From assembly GCA_002269645.1 (NCBI GenBank), contig NIVC01000168.1, positions 347,899 to 411,898 on the forward strand: 64,000 nt of DNA. The letters are read 5' to 3'. The notes beneath the pieces are model-generated. The model was not told the origin of the DNA, ran no database searches, and saw only the letters and a program-made list of their open reading frames with translations. Every line of letters starts with the position of its first letter. Position 1 is the stretch's first letter. The position numbers and the translations under genes are program-made. Origin of the DNA: Macrostomum lignano. Lineage: Eukaryota. Positions 42,601 to 53,700 of this stretch are shown in pieces.

Positions 42601-44666
42601 AAGATCCCCTCCCTGATAATCCTACTCAAGATCCCCTCCCTGATAATCCTACTCAAGATCCTCTCCCTGATAATCCTACTCAAGATTCCCTCCCTGATAA
42701 TCCTACTCAAGATCCCCTCCCTGATAATCCTACTCAAGATCCCCTCCCTGATAATCCTACTCAAGATTCCCTACCTGATAATCCTACTCAAGATCCCCTC
42801 CCTGATAATCCTACTCAAGATTCCCTACCTGATAATCCTACTCAAGATTCCCTACCTGATAATCCTACTCAAGATCCCCTACCTGATAATCCTACTCAAG
42901 ATTCCCTCCCTGATAATCCTACTCAAGATTCCCTACCTGATAATCCTACTCAAGATTCCCTACCTGATAATCCTACTCAAGATCCCCTACCTGATAATCC
43001 TACTCAAGATCCTCTCCCTGATAATCCTACTCAAGATCCCCTCCCTGATAATCCTACTCAAGATCCCCTCCCTGATAATCCTACTCAAGATTCCCTACCT
43101 GATAATCCTACTCAAGATCCCCTCCCTGAAAATCCTACTCAAGATCCCCTCCCTGATAATCCTACTCAAGATCCCCTCCCTGATAATCCTACTCAAGATC
43201 CCCTCCCTGATAATCCTACTCAAGATCCCCTACCTGATAATCCTACTCAAGATCCTCTCCCTGATAATCCTACTCAAGATCCCCTCCCTGATAATCCTAC
43301 TCAAGATCCCCTCCCTGACAATCCTACTCAAGATTCCCTACCTGATAATCCTACTCAAGATCCCCTACCTGATAATCCTACTCAAAGATCCCCTCCCTGA
43401 GAATCCTACTTAAGATCCCCTCCCTGATAATCCTACTCAAGATTCCCTACCTGATAATCCTACTCAAGATCCCCTCCCTGATAATCCTACTCAAGATCCC
43501 CTCCCTGATAATCCTACTCAAGATCCCCTCCCTGATAATCCTACTCAAGATCCCCTCCCTGATAATCCTACTCAAGATTCCCTACCTGATAATCCTACTC
43601 AAGATCCCCTCCCTGAAAATCCTACTCAAGATCCCCTCCCTGATAATCCTACTCAAGATCCCCTCCCTGATAATCCTACTCAAGATCCCCTCCCTGATAA
43701 TCCTTCTCAAGATTCCCTACCTGATAATCCTACTCAAGATCCCCTACCTGATAATCCTACTCAAGATCCTCTCCCTGATAATCCTACTCAAGATTCCCTA
43801 CCTGATAATCCTACTCAAGATCCCCTCCCTGATAATCCTACTCAAAGATCCACTACCTGAAAATCCTACTCAAGATCCCCTCCCTGATAATCCTACTCAA
43901 GATCCCCTCCCTGATAATCCTACTCAAGATCCTCTCTCTGATAATCCTACTCAAAGACCCACTACCCGATAATCCTACTCAAAGATCCCCTCCCTGAGAA
44001 TCCTGCTCAAAGATCCCCTCCCTGAGAATCCTACTTAAGATCCCTACCTGAGAATCCTGCTCAAAGATCCCCTCCCTGAGAATCCTACTTAAGATCCCTC
44101 CCTGATAATCCTACTCAAAGATCCCCTACTCAAGATCCCCTTCCGGATAATCCTACTCAAGATCCTCTCTCTAAGAATCCTACTAAAATTTCCCTCCGTG
44201 ATAATCCTACTCGCCTCCTTGACAATCGCTCTCTATCTTCTGAAAACGCAACAGTTCTCTGAACCTTACGTAGCGCAGCCTTTTCCTTGTCTATAAAAAA
44301 AGTGCTAATCCCCTTTCACACAGACTGTCGGACCTCTCCGCCGACACCAGCGTGTGCCCGCACGTTGTGAGTAGTCGTCGAAAGGACTCGAAACGACAGC
44401 CCTGCCTGCCTTTGGCATCGACCGACAAAGCGCCCAGAGTGAATCCGCTGCTGCCGCCCGACCATCCGGTGCTGGAATCCGAGAGCCGCTTACCAGCCGA
44501 TATTGGCAAGATGCTCACCGCTATGGGGCATAAATTAGTTGTGCAGCCGAACGGACTGGCTCGAGCCCAACTAGTTGCCATGGACATGTACAGCTTGGCT
44601 GCTGATAGCGACCTCCCTCGATCTGGTGCCGTAGCTGCTCTCCTGCCGCAGAGTGGCAGCTCCTAA
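39637..44666 (+). CDS. GGT7: Gamma-glutamyltransferase 7-like type II membrane protein, probably catalytically impaired; 4 exons, ~661 aa
   Basis: Exons: 39637-40262, 40778-41235, 41900-42458, 44324-44666 (1986 nt). Signal anchor followed by IIFGEPQV..GAVAAD, GGSAVDAAVAAALC, GLGGGGLMLVH, GVPG, PPPSSGG, NGILLNN, GGRRPAT, RCGLRFAFGA. The N-terminal and C-terminal context resembles GGT7 more than GGT1. AATAAA near 44789. Confidence 0.88.
40345..40725. repeat. 23-bp ATGGTGTTTCTAGTCTGGTTGCT array (GGT intron 1)
   Basis: Read directly; same family as 60125-62050. Confidence 0.95.
41296..41717. repeat. 20-bp AAAATGAGTGCCTGCGGCGC array (GGT intron 2)
   Basis: ~21 copies; two copies of the same unit at 2161-2200. 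Confidence 0.93.
42530..44200. repeat. 27-bp CTACTCAAGATCCCCTCCCTGATAATC array (GGT intron 3)
   Basis: ~60 copies. Confidence 0.96.
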
Positions 44667-44829
44667 ATTGAAGGGAGTTGCGTGTCCATTTAATCAATTA
44701 ATCAATTATCTTCTACATATCAGTGTGTGTTGATCACAAATATTTCTTTTTAATTTTCCGAGGTTTTTGTGCGTTTTTTTCTGTTATAATAAACTTTAAT
44801 TCCAACATTTGACCTAACTGTTTGACTAG

Positions 44830-45200
44830 CGTAAAATGGCATCTTGGAGTTGAACTTCCCTGGAGTCAAAATGGCGTCTTGAATTTAAACTTCCCTAGGG
44901 TCAAAATGGCATCTTGGATTTAAACTTCCTTAGGGTCAAAATAGCATCTTGGTTTTAAACTTCCCTAGAGTCAAAATAGCATCTTGGATTTGAACTTCCC
45001 TAGAGCCAAAATGACATCTTGGATTTAAACTTCCCTAGAGTCAAAATAGCATCTTGGATTTAAACTTCCCTAGGGTCAAAATGGCATCTTGGATTTGAAC
45101 TTCCCTAGAGCCAAAATGACATCTTGGATTTAAACTTCCCTAGAGTCAAAATAGCATCTTGGATTTAAACTTCCCTAGAGCCAAAATGACATTTTGGATT
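44830..45200. repeat. 35-bp AAAATAGCATCTTGGATTTAAACTTCCCTAGAGTC array
   Basis: Read directly. Confidence 0.92.
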
Positions 45201-45789
45201 CGACAAGTATGACACGTCACCCCAGTGAACAAAGTAAATATAGAAAGAATAAACTTTTAAAATATCAATTGAAATTTTTTTCTAACAAATTTTGTCAGAT
45301 TTTTTGGCTTGATAATGAGTGACTTTTAACTAGCGAGATTTACAGTATGCAATTTGCTTTGAATTCATTATCTATTATTTCTTTAAAGTTTAAATTGCTT
45401 CGACTTTTTTGGTGGTTTGAATCTCCCATGTTTTTATTGTTGTGCCCTGTGCCTGGTATAATTGTTTGTTTAGAATTTTCTTCCTTTATTTCTATGGGTT
45501 GAACCCTAGTATATCTAGACATAATATTCACAGCTGAAATTTGAATGACACAGCACTTAATGGTCTAGGATTTATGATGAATACTGATAATAAATCTTCA
45601 ATGCTATTTTTCTATTGTATTTAAGTACTTTGTGTTATCTCTGGTTGTTGTTTGGTCTTCCGAAATAAATACAAAGTTAATCCATGACAGGACAAAATCT
45701 TTATTATATAATATATTATTTGTGTCACTATAAACATACTGGCTATATTGTATTTATTTAATAGCATTTTAATAGTAGAACTACAAAAG

Positions 45790-45990
45790 CAACGCTGGCA
45801 CAGGAAATTCAGGAACACGGGGCTGTATTTTTATTTGCGCACCTTCTAAACCAAAAATCAAGTCGAGATGTTTAACAATTCTGCCAGAAGGTCTGATTTT
45901 TCCCGTAAGCTCTATAGGTGTATTTAATACACTCCTTTGCGCTAATCAGCACCTCCTACCACACCTGTCTGCATCAGTTCTGACTTTCTT
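45790..45990 (+). mobile_element. Older, more diverged fragment of the same foldback family
   Basis: GAAATTCAGGAACACGGGG...TTGCGCACCTTC...AATCAAGTCG...TTCTGCCAGAAGGTC...TGTCTGCATCAGTTCTGACTT matches 7345-7590 with internal deletions. Confidence 0.7.
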
Positions 45991-46079
45991 GCAAAAGAAT
46001 TCTCGGTATTCCTACTGTGAAAGCACAACTTAGTTACATTGATGATATCACAACTTCCATATGATTCTTTACTACTGGC

Positions 46080-46195
46080 ATAAATCCTTGATGTAAGACA
46101 GCTTTTGAGTCTTGGTCCATTCACCAGCCGTTCTCCAGACGTGTGAGTGCACGAGTATCCCCAGTAGTATTGGTTGGTGTTTCCATCCAGGGCTC
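46080..46195 (-). pseudogene. Decayed fragment of a second-type F-type lectin exon
   Basis: GTGTGAGTGCACGAGTATCCCCAGTAGTATTGGTTGGTGTTTCCATC and CACCAGCCGTTCTCCAG match the GNTNQYYWGHSCTHT-coding region of 51604-52005, with frameshifts. Confidence 0.7.
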
Positions 46196-46315
46196 AGTGC
46201 TAAATAAATTGTGGATTATATATACGTAGTGATTTTCATGAATATTACGAGTAACTTCAATATTATTTATTGAAGTTGAACTTTATTCGACGATTCTGCT
46301 AAATTGTGACAGGGG

Positions 46316-46575
46316 GAGGGGTTGTGGCCTAATAGTTAAAGCGTCGAACTCTCGAAAAGTAGGTCGGGGTGTGACTCTTGATCCCACTGGAACAATTTGT
46401 ATCCTTGAGCCAGACACTTAACTCTGCATTGCTTCAGTTAACCCAGCTGTAAAATGGGTGCCAGCATTAGCTGGGGTAATTGAGGGTGTGTGGCGACCCC
46501 CCAGTCCTTGGACTGAACAGCCGTACGCAGCTTTCAGATGCGCCACGCAATAGCTGCGGCTGAGCTATCGGTTTA
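46316..46575 (+). mobile_element. SINE family 1 copy (plus orientation)
   Basis: GGGGTTGTGGCCTAATAG...GACACTTAACTCTGCATTGCTTCAGTTAACCCAGCTGTAAAATGGGTGCCAGCATTAGCTGGGGTAATTGAGGG...; the head is degenerate. Confidence 0.8.
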
Positions 46576-47783
46576 GGGTCAGCGTAATCAATTATTACTA
46601 TATGATTAAGTGAGACAAATATTAATTGGACGGTATTATTATCGACGGTACTCATCGTTAAATTGGATGGTGGATCTATTACTTCACCTATTTTTTCTGT
46701 AAAAAAGTAAAATGGCAAAACGCAGGACAGTTCGACAAGATGATCGACTCGCAGTCATTCAGCTGTAAATTCTAAGAAATTGTTTACTTTAAACTTTTCA
46801 ATTTGGAATATTCGACTGCTGGCAGAGAAATAGTCTGTATGGTACCGCTTGTGTCGTGACTTGTAGTATAGTCTGTACCGCCAGAAATTTAAATTCTTTA
46901 GAAGCAAGGGAGGGCATTAGACCAACGACCGCTGTATTATAAAGACGTATAACTCAAACATTGTGTATTTTTCCGAGGTCAATTTCTTAGAAAAAAAGTA
47001 CACTGCGAAAATCACTTATTTCAATGCGTACTTATTGATGGCAATTGGACTGGGACAATATAGATTACCATTCTTTAATTTAACATCATTAGCTGAACTT
47101 TTTGATTTGTTCTTTCTTGAATATTGAATCAAGTTTTTGTGCTAGTGTTCTTGTGATGAAAAAAAAACTGTTTTTTCCTATCTTGGCAGTGTACTTTTTC
47201 CAAGATATTGGTTTCCAAAAAATCACGATCCTTGAGTTTAGCGTTCTGTTATACTACAGTGGTCCTTGGCTGATTATTAAAAAAAACAATTTTACTATGT
47301 TTTCATCGTATGCAATGCCAGTCAATATCTGACTGGCACTGGTGGCTCCCACAGTAGATTGCATAAAGGCGAAAGTCAAATTTCCCATATGAGACGTTAC
47401 ATTTTCTTTCTTTCGTAATCAAGTGCATCCAATGCTCGTGGTCGAGTTTTAGCAATGTATAGCTGTTCAGTTTAGTTATTAAGATGCTCTGTTTGCAGTT
47501 TGCACCAACAGAGACACATCCGGCAGTAAAAATTGTAAAGAGAAAAGACAAACAAAAACGACTGTCTGATTGACAATGCAAGATGTTAATCACCAGTTGT
47601 AGTATATTAAATAACACGGGTACTAAATCAAGTCCACTGACAATTCACCTGTTTCTAATTAAGTAGAGAATAAAACCGAAAATCCAGTATTTAGTTGTTT
47701 AACCTAAACCATTACACTATATTTTAGACTTTATTGTAGCTTCTTGTCAAGCCACTCCAAGGAGTAGCCACGTTCACAAAACT

Positions 47784-50700
47784 TCACGACACGTTTTTAT
47801 CCACCTCGAACACGGCGTTCCGCATTTTGCCGCCGCACTTGATTCCTGAGTCTCCAGAGCACGGCACGTTGCAGTCTCCGTCCTCCGCTTCTCCATTGCC
47901 GTAAATGTAGTTTTCGCCGCAGAAGCACCGACTGCCGGACTGCACTGCAAAGTAAGTAGTGCCGCGGGACTTGCAGAACCGGTTGCACTTGCGCTGCGTC
48001 ATTTTTCTGCTTGAAGCCGCTTTAATGGAAAATTGCGGGTACTCCTTGCTGTCATAGAAGCAGCCAAGATACTCTGAAAGTAGAAGCAAAGTACTTCATA
48101 GTTACTATCATAGCTCACAAAAGCTCACTAAGAGAAAATAGAAATAAGAGAAAAAGACTCACTAAACTTGGGCCGTTTCTTGAAATAATCACCGAACACC
48201 TGAACTTCGCATAGAGTCAGGTAAGTTTTCTTGCGACTGCTGATCATCACGACCCTGCCTACTCTGTTGCACCTGAACGTCGTCACCTTGAAGACGCTGT
48301 GAGAGTGGTACGAGCCGCACACGTGACCGTCCACCGTGACCACAAAGTTTGTGAGTCTATCAAAGCAGCAGTCGAGTCTGTTGAAGATCTTGATCTCCTT
48401 GATGTGAGCCAGCTTCTGAGTCTTGGCCATCCACCAGCCGCTCTCCAGCTTCGTGTGAGTGCACGAGTGTCCCCAGTAGTTCTGGTTGGTGTTTCCATCG
48501 ATGGCTTTGCTGCAGACGCCGTTCCAGCCGACAGAGCTCTGAGAGCAACGGCTCAGAGGCAAAATATCTGCAATTGAGTCAGTATTCACTCATAATACTC
48601 TCTACTGAAATGCATCACGCAATAATTATTTCCCACTCACTAGATCTCTTAGCTGCCAGCTCAGTGTACTCTCCGAACACTTCGACCTCGCACAGAGTGA
48701 ACCACTTCTTCAGATTGTTCCTGATGATGACATTCTGACCGACCTTGTTGCACTTGAATCTCTTCACCGAGAAGAACGTGCTGGACCTGTGTCTGGCGCA
48801 CACCTGTCCGTCCACGATGATGTCGAAGTTGTTGAGTAGGTTGGAGCAACAGTCGAGCCTGTTGTAGATGACGACCTCCTTGATGTGAGCGGGTCTGGTA
48901 AAGCTTCCTTGCCAGAATCCGCCAGGGGCTTTAGTGTGGGTGCAGGAGTGCTTGCCGTAATCCTGGTTTTTGTTTCCATCCATGGCTCGCTTGCAGACTC
49001 CGTTCCATCCCGTCGATGTCTGGAAGCACGTGTTGAAGCTCAGCTTGTCTGTGGATTCAGTTCAGTTGGTTTGTTTTGTGTGCTGGCTTTAACTAATAAA
49101 GTTTAGCAACAAGAGACCTACTTTTGGTTGTGAAACATCAAATGAAGTTTGCTTTGTATGTACTCAATTTCACAAATTAGTGGTACATGTACTTCTAAAA
49201 CAGTAGGTCTGGTTGCTTGTCGGTCTGGTACCTGGGCTATATGATAAATTTTGTATCTGAATAGACGCTTGTAGGAAAGAGGAGAATTTTGTTAATAAAT
49301 TCGTAAATCTGAAGTCATATTAAAGAACTTATTATAGTTGGGACACACATGTAGGTAAACGAAAATGGGAATAAATTTGTTATTTAGCCAATGAAGATTG
49401 GACGCTATCATTGAATCTCGTCGGCTAAGGTGCCGCGCAGAATTAAAGGCAGCGTCTGTCTAAACTTGACATGGTGTAACTAATATATTAGGTTATGATT
49501 GTATTGTATCGTTTTTTGCTTGTACAAACCATTCTGCATTGCCAGTCTATCTTCCTCATCCACTGTTACGCTCGTAAAACTGCAGAGTTGGCCAACATTA
49601 GTATTCTGGACAGTTGTTGGAATTTCTCACTAGACTGCTCCAAGGCTCCCGTAGCCTCCATAAAATATCACCCACAGCAGCAGCATCAGCATCAGCCGCA
49701 GTTGCCTTGGTCCAACAACAACAGAATTGCTGCGCCCGCATCATCTCGGGCTGCATCACTCCGACCCGTGCCACTAACCTGGCCACCACCAACCTTCCGC
49801 CCATCGGCCACATTGCTGCGGAACGAGCAGCCAACCTCGGCTACCGTCCACCCCCACGCTGGACTCCCACAACCGGGAGACGCATCCGCCGCGCCGGCTA
49901 GATCCGACAAGCGTCCCGACGAACCTAACGATCCAGCTGGACCTCACCGCCTCCTGCGGACACGTCACCCTGTATGACCTGAAGCGGGATCGTGCCGTCG
50001 CCTACCTCGCCGACCTTGCGACGCCGGACATTGAAGTCCGGACGGACGGCTCAGCATCGGAGGGCACTACTAACAGTAGGAGCGCGGCTGTGATAATCAC
50101 CAAGCTGTGGCACCAGGTCGTCACTAGTCCAGCCGGAATTCTCACCAGCTCCACTCAAGCAGAACTGACTGCCATCCGCACTGCCATCCAGATCACGGCC
50201 GAGCTGAACCCAGGTTTTGGACAGACGGTCCGTGTCCACTCCGACTCGCTGGCGGCTCTCAAAGCTGGACACTGGGGCCCTCACCCAGTCCACCCAGCTG
50301 GCGGCGGACTGCTGGTTTGAGCTAGCTGCCAGCAACCGCTCCTATGAACTGATCTGGGTGCCGGCCCACTGCCGTATCTCCGGCAATGAAGTCCCCGACA
50401 GGGCGGCTAACAGAGCGGGGTAAACCTCAACGGCGCTACTGCGGCTCCCATTACTTTCCAAGCGGCCAAAGCGGCGATCAAGCGGGACCGCCGCACCAAA
50501 GATCGGAAATTCTTTGCGACCGATCCCTGGCCACCTCTTCCGACCAACCTGACTCGCACCGAGGCGGTCGCTGTAAACCAGCTGCGGGCCGGAGCTTCCA
50601 TGCTGGCTGCAGCCACTCGCCACCGAATCGGCATTGAAACCGACCCTCCCTGCCGCGATTGCGTGGCCGTGGACAACGAGGATCATCTTCTGCACGAGTG

Positions 50701-53700
50701 CCCCCGCGCCGATCGCGTCAGGGGCCAGCTGGACCCGGATGTTCGGGATGACCTGCTTGCCCATCCGGTGGCGGTCATCAAAATTCTGCGTGCCCTGGGG
50801 CGCCTCTAGGCGCCTACCCCCAGCTGCAGCCGCAGCGTTGTGGGCGCTGGCAAGAAGAAGTTGCCTTGGTGAAGTATGGCGTGCAAATTTGACGAAAGCG
50901 CCTTCCAATGTTGAAAGAATGCATTCCAAATGATGGTCACTAACTGCGTCATCTTTACCTGTTTGCAATGTTACACTTTGACTGCTTCCCCCCCCCCCCC
51001 GACAATTTCTTGCTGCGCCGGAACGAAGCAACGCAGGCACACGAAATTCAAAAACACCGGCTAACTTTTTGTTGCGCACCTTTTGAAACAAAAATCAAAT
51101 CGCCAGCCCTCCGGACCGTCGAGATATTCGACGATTCTGCCAGAAGATTTAATTTTTTCCATAAGCGCTAATGTATTATTCAGTATACCCCTGTACGCCA
51201 ATCAGCACTGTGCCTCAGCGCAGCCTTGCCAAGACTCCAACTTTCATCAGTACGTTGATCACATGTGTCTGCATCAGCTCTGACTTCGTTAGTCACTGGC
51301 CTTCACCGAGACGGAGCTTCTAGACCATTAACAGGTGGCACCAGGTGACTATGAACACCCTGATACAAATTTCACGAGTTTCGCCGATCATGCCTCGACA
51401 GTGAGCAAACCTCAACTTCTGGACACCCTCAGCTGGTCTCTCGAGCATTCCATCATCACCACAACACCGTCGGCACCTTCAACATGTGGCATCAGATAAC
51501 TATGGACATCCTTTTAAAACTATCAGGTTATACGTGATTATATACCTGAAAATTTAGATTGGTCCATTTTAGTAAAACGAAAAAGAAAGACTTATCAACT
51601 TACTGCCTGTGGATCTCTTTGTGTACAATCCGAAAACCTGAACTTCGCATAGAGTCAGGTAAGTCCTCTTGCGACTTCTGATCATCACGACCTTGCCGAC
51701 TTTATTACACCTGAACGTTTTCACCTTGAAGACACCGCGAGAGTTGTACGAGCCGCACACGTGACCGTCCACCGTGACCACAAAGTTTGTGAGTCGATTA
51801 GAACAGCAGTCGAGTCTGTTGAAGATCTTGATCTCCTTGATGTGAGCCAGCTTCTGAGTCTTGGCCATCCACCAGCCGCTCTCCAGCTTCGTGTGAGTGC
51901 ACGAGTGTCCCCAGTAGTACTGGTTGGTGTTTCCATCGATGGCTCTGCTGCAGACGCCGTTCCAGCCGACAGAGCTCTGAGAGCAATGGCTCAGAGGCAA
52001 AATATCTGCAGTTGGGTCAGTAACCACTCATAATACTCTCTACTGAAATGTATCACGCAATAATTATTTCCCACTCACCAGATCTCTTAGCGGCCAGCTT
52101 GGTGTACTGTCCGAACACTTCGACCTCGCACAGAGTAAACCACTTCTTCAGATTGTTCCTGATGATGACATTCTGACCGACCTTGTCGCACTTGAATCTC
52201 TTCACCGAGAAGAACGTGCTGGACCTGTGTCTGGCGCACACCTGTCCGTCCACGATGATGTCGAAGTTGTTGAGTAGGTTGGAGCAACAGTCGAGCCTGT
52301 TGTAGATGACGACCTCCTTGATATGAGCGGGTCTGGTAAAGCTTCCTTGCCAGAATCCGCCAGGGGCTTTAGTGTGGGTGCAGGAGTGCTTGCCGTAATC
52401 CTGGTTTTTGTTTCCATCCATGGCTCGCTTGCAGACTCCGTTCCATCCCGTCGAGGTCTGGAAGCACGTGTTGAAGCTCAGCTTGTCTGTGGATTCAGTT
52501 CAGTTGGTTGGTAATGAAGCTCGCTTAATAAACAGTAAATAAATGGAGGAGATAATCAACATGTTTTAATGCCGATGCATACTGCCATAATGGATATCGT
52601 CAGGGCTTACCAAATGTATTAAAGGAAATGAAATTTCGCTCTTATATATTGTTTTTTTTATTAGAGGCAGGGGGTTGTGTGCACCCTGGCGCACTTTAAG
52701 CGGCACAGACACACAACCGGCGAGAGGCATTACCACCCATTCCGCCGACTCCCCTGAGCAGGCACACAAGCGCGCGGATACCTACGCAGGCACACACCCA
52801 CACAGGAGTGTACAGCGGCCTAACTTTATTTTATCGTTAGGCATGTACACTTCACTGCGCATTGGGGGGTTGGCCCTCAAGGCCGTTAATTGCACGAGCA
52901 GAGCCAAGCCGAGATTCCAATTCAGCCCCAAATTAATTTGACTGCACTTGGAATCGAGCCTGGGTCGCTGGCACACGAGAGCCTGCGCTAGACCGCTGGG
53001 CTACGCCCCCCTCTTCTCTTATATATTGACGTGAGACTATTGAATTTTGTAAGAACGATAACAAACTTAGCTTATTAGAGGCTATGCACATCAAGGCCCA
53101 ACAACCTACTCTGAACCATCAGCTTGCCATGGGGGGTGCTAGCCGTCAGCTTCAACATTTTTTAGCTCGCTCAATAACCAGACTGGACTATTTTGATTTG
53201 TACCACGCCTTTCACCCAAACTAGTGTTACCCTGTTATGCACTTAATTTTTACTCCTGTCAAATAGTTGATTGTTCAAGTCTATGTATTAGAGCAAAATT
53301 TAATTTCGTTTAATAAATTTAGTAAGCCCTGAGGATGTCCATTGGGTGACGAAATGCATCGGCATTAAAACATGTTTATTATCTCCTTCAGTTGATTGTT
53401 TTTCTGTGCTGGCTTTAACTGATAAAGTTTAGTAGCGAAAGACCTACTTTGGGTTGTGAAACATCAAATGAAGTTTGCTTTTTGGGTACTAAATTTCACA
53501 TATTAGTGACACCAGACGCGCAGTTTATCCTTGTCTAAAAGTGTCTCGTCTAAAAGTCTTGTCTAAAAGTCTTGTCCAATATTTAAAAAGTGCTTGGGAT
53601 TTCCTTTCGAGAATCGTAGATTACGTCAAGCTATATTAGCACCACCAGCCTGTGCCTGCGCCTCCTTTTCTTGGATGTGGTAGTTGACCTTGCCCAAGCG

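Larger units (their letters stand above)
52512..53388. mobile_element. Penelope-like (PLE) non-autonomous insertion with ~70-bp inverted terminal repeats
   Basis: Absent from the homologous introns upstream of 49048 and 56749. 52547-52615 is an inverted copy of 53318-53387, and both contain a hammerhead-like CTGA(G/C)GA core. SINE family 2 is nested inside. Confidence 0.6.

Noticed and set aside
47303-47617. 104-aa minus-strand ORF as a small secreted gene
   Set aside because: No domain, splice or paralog support; it lies in the 3' flank of the lectin gene.
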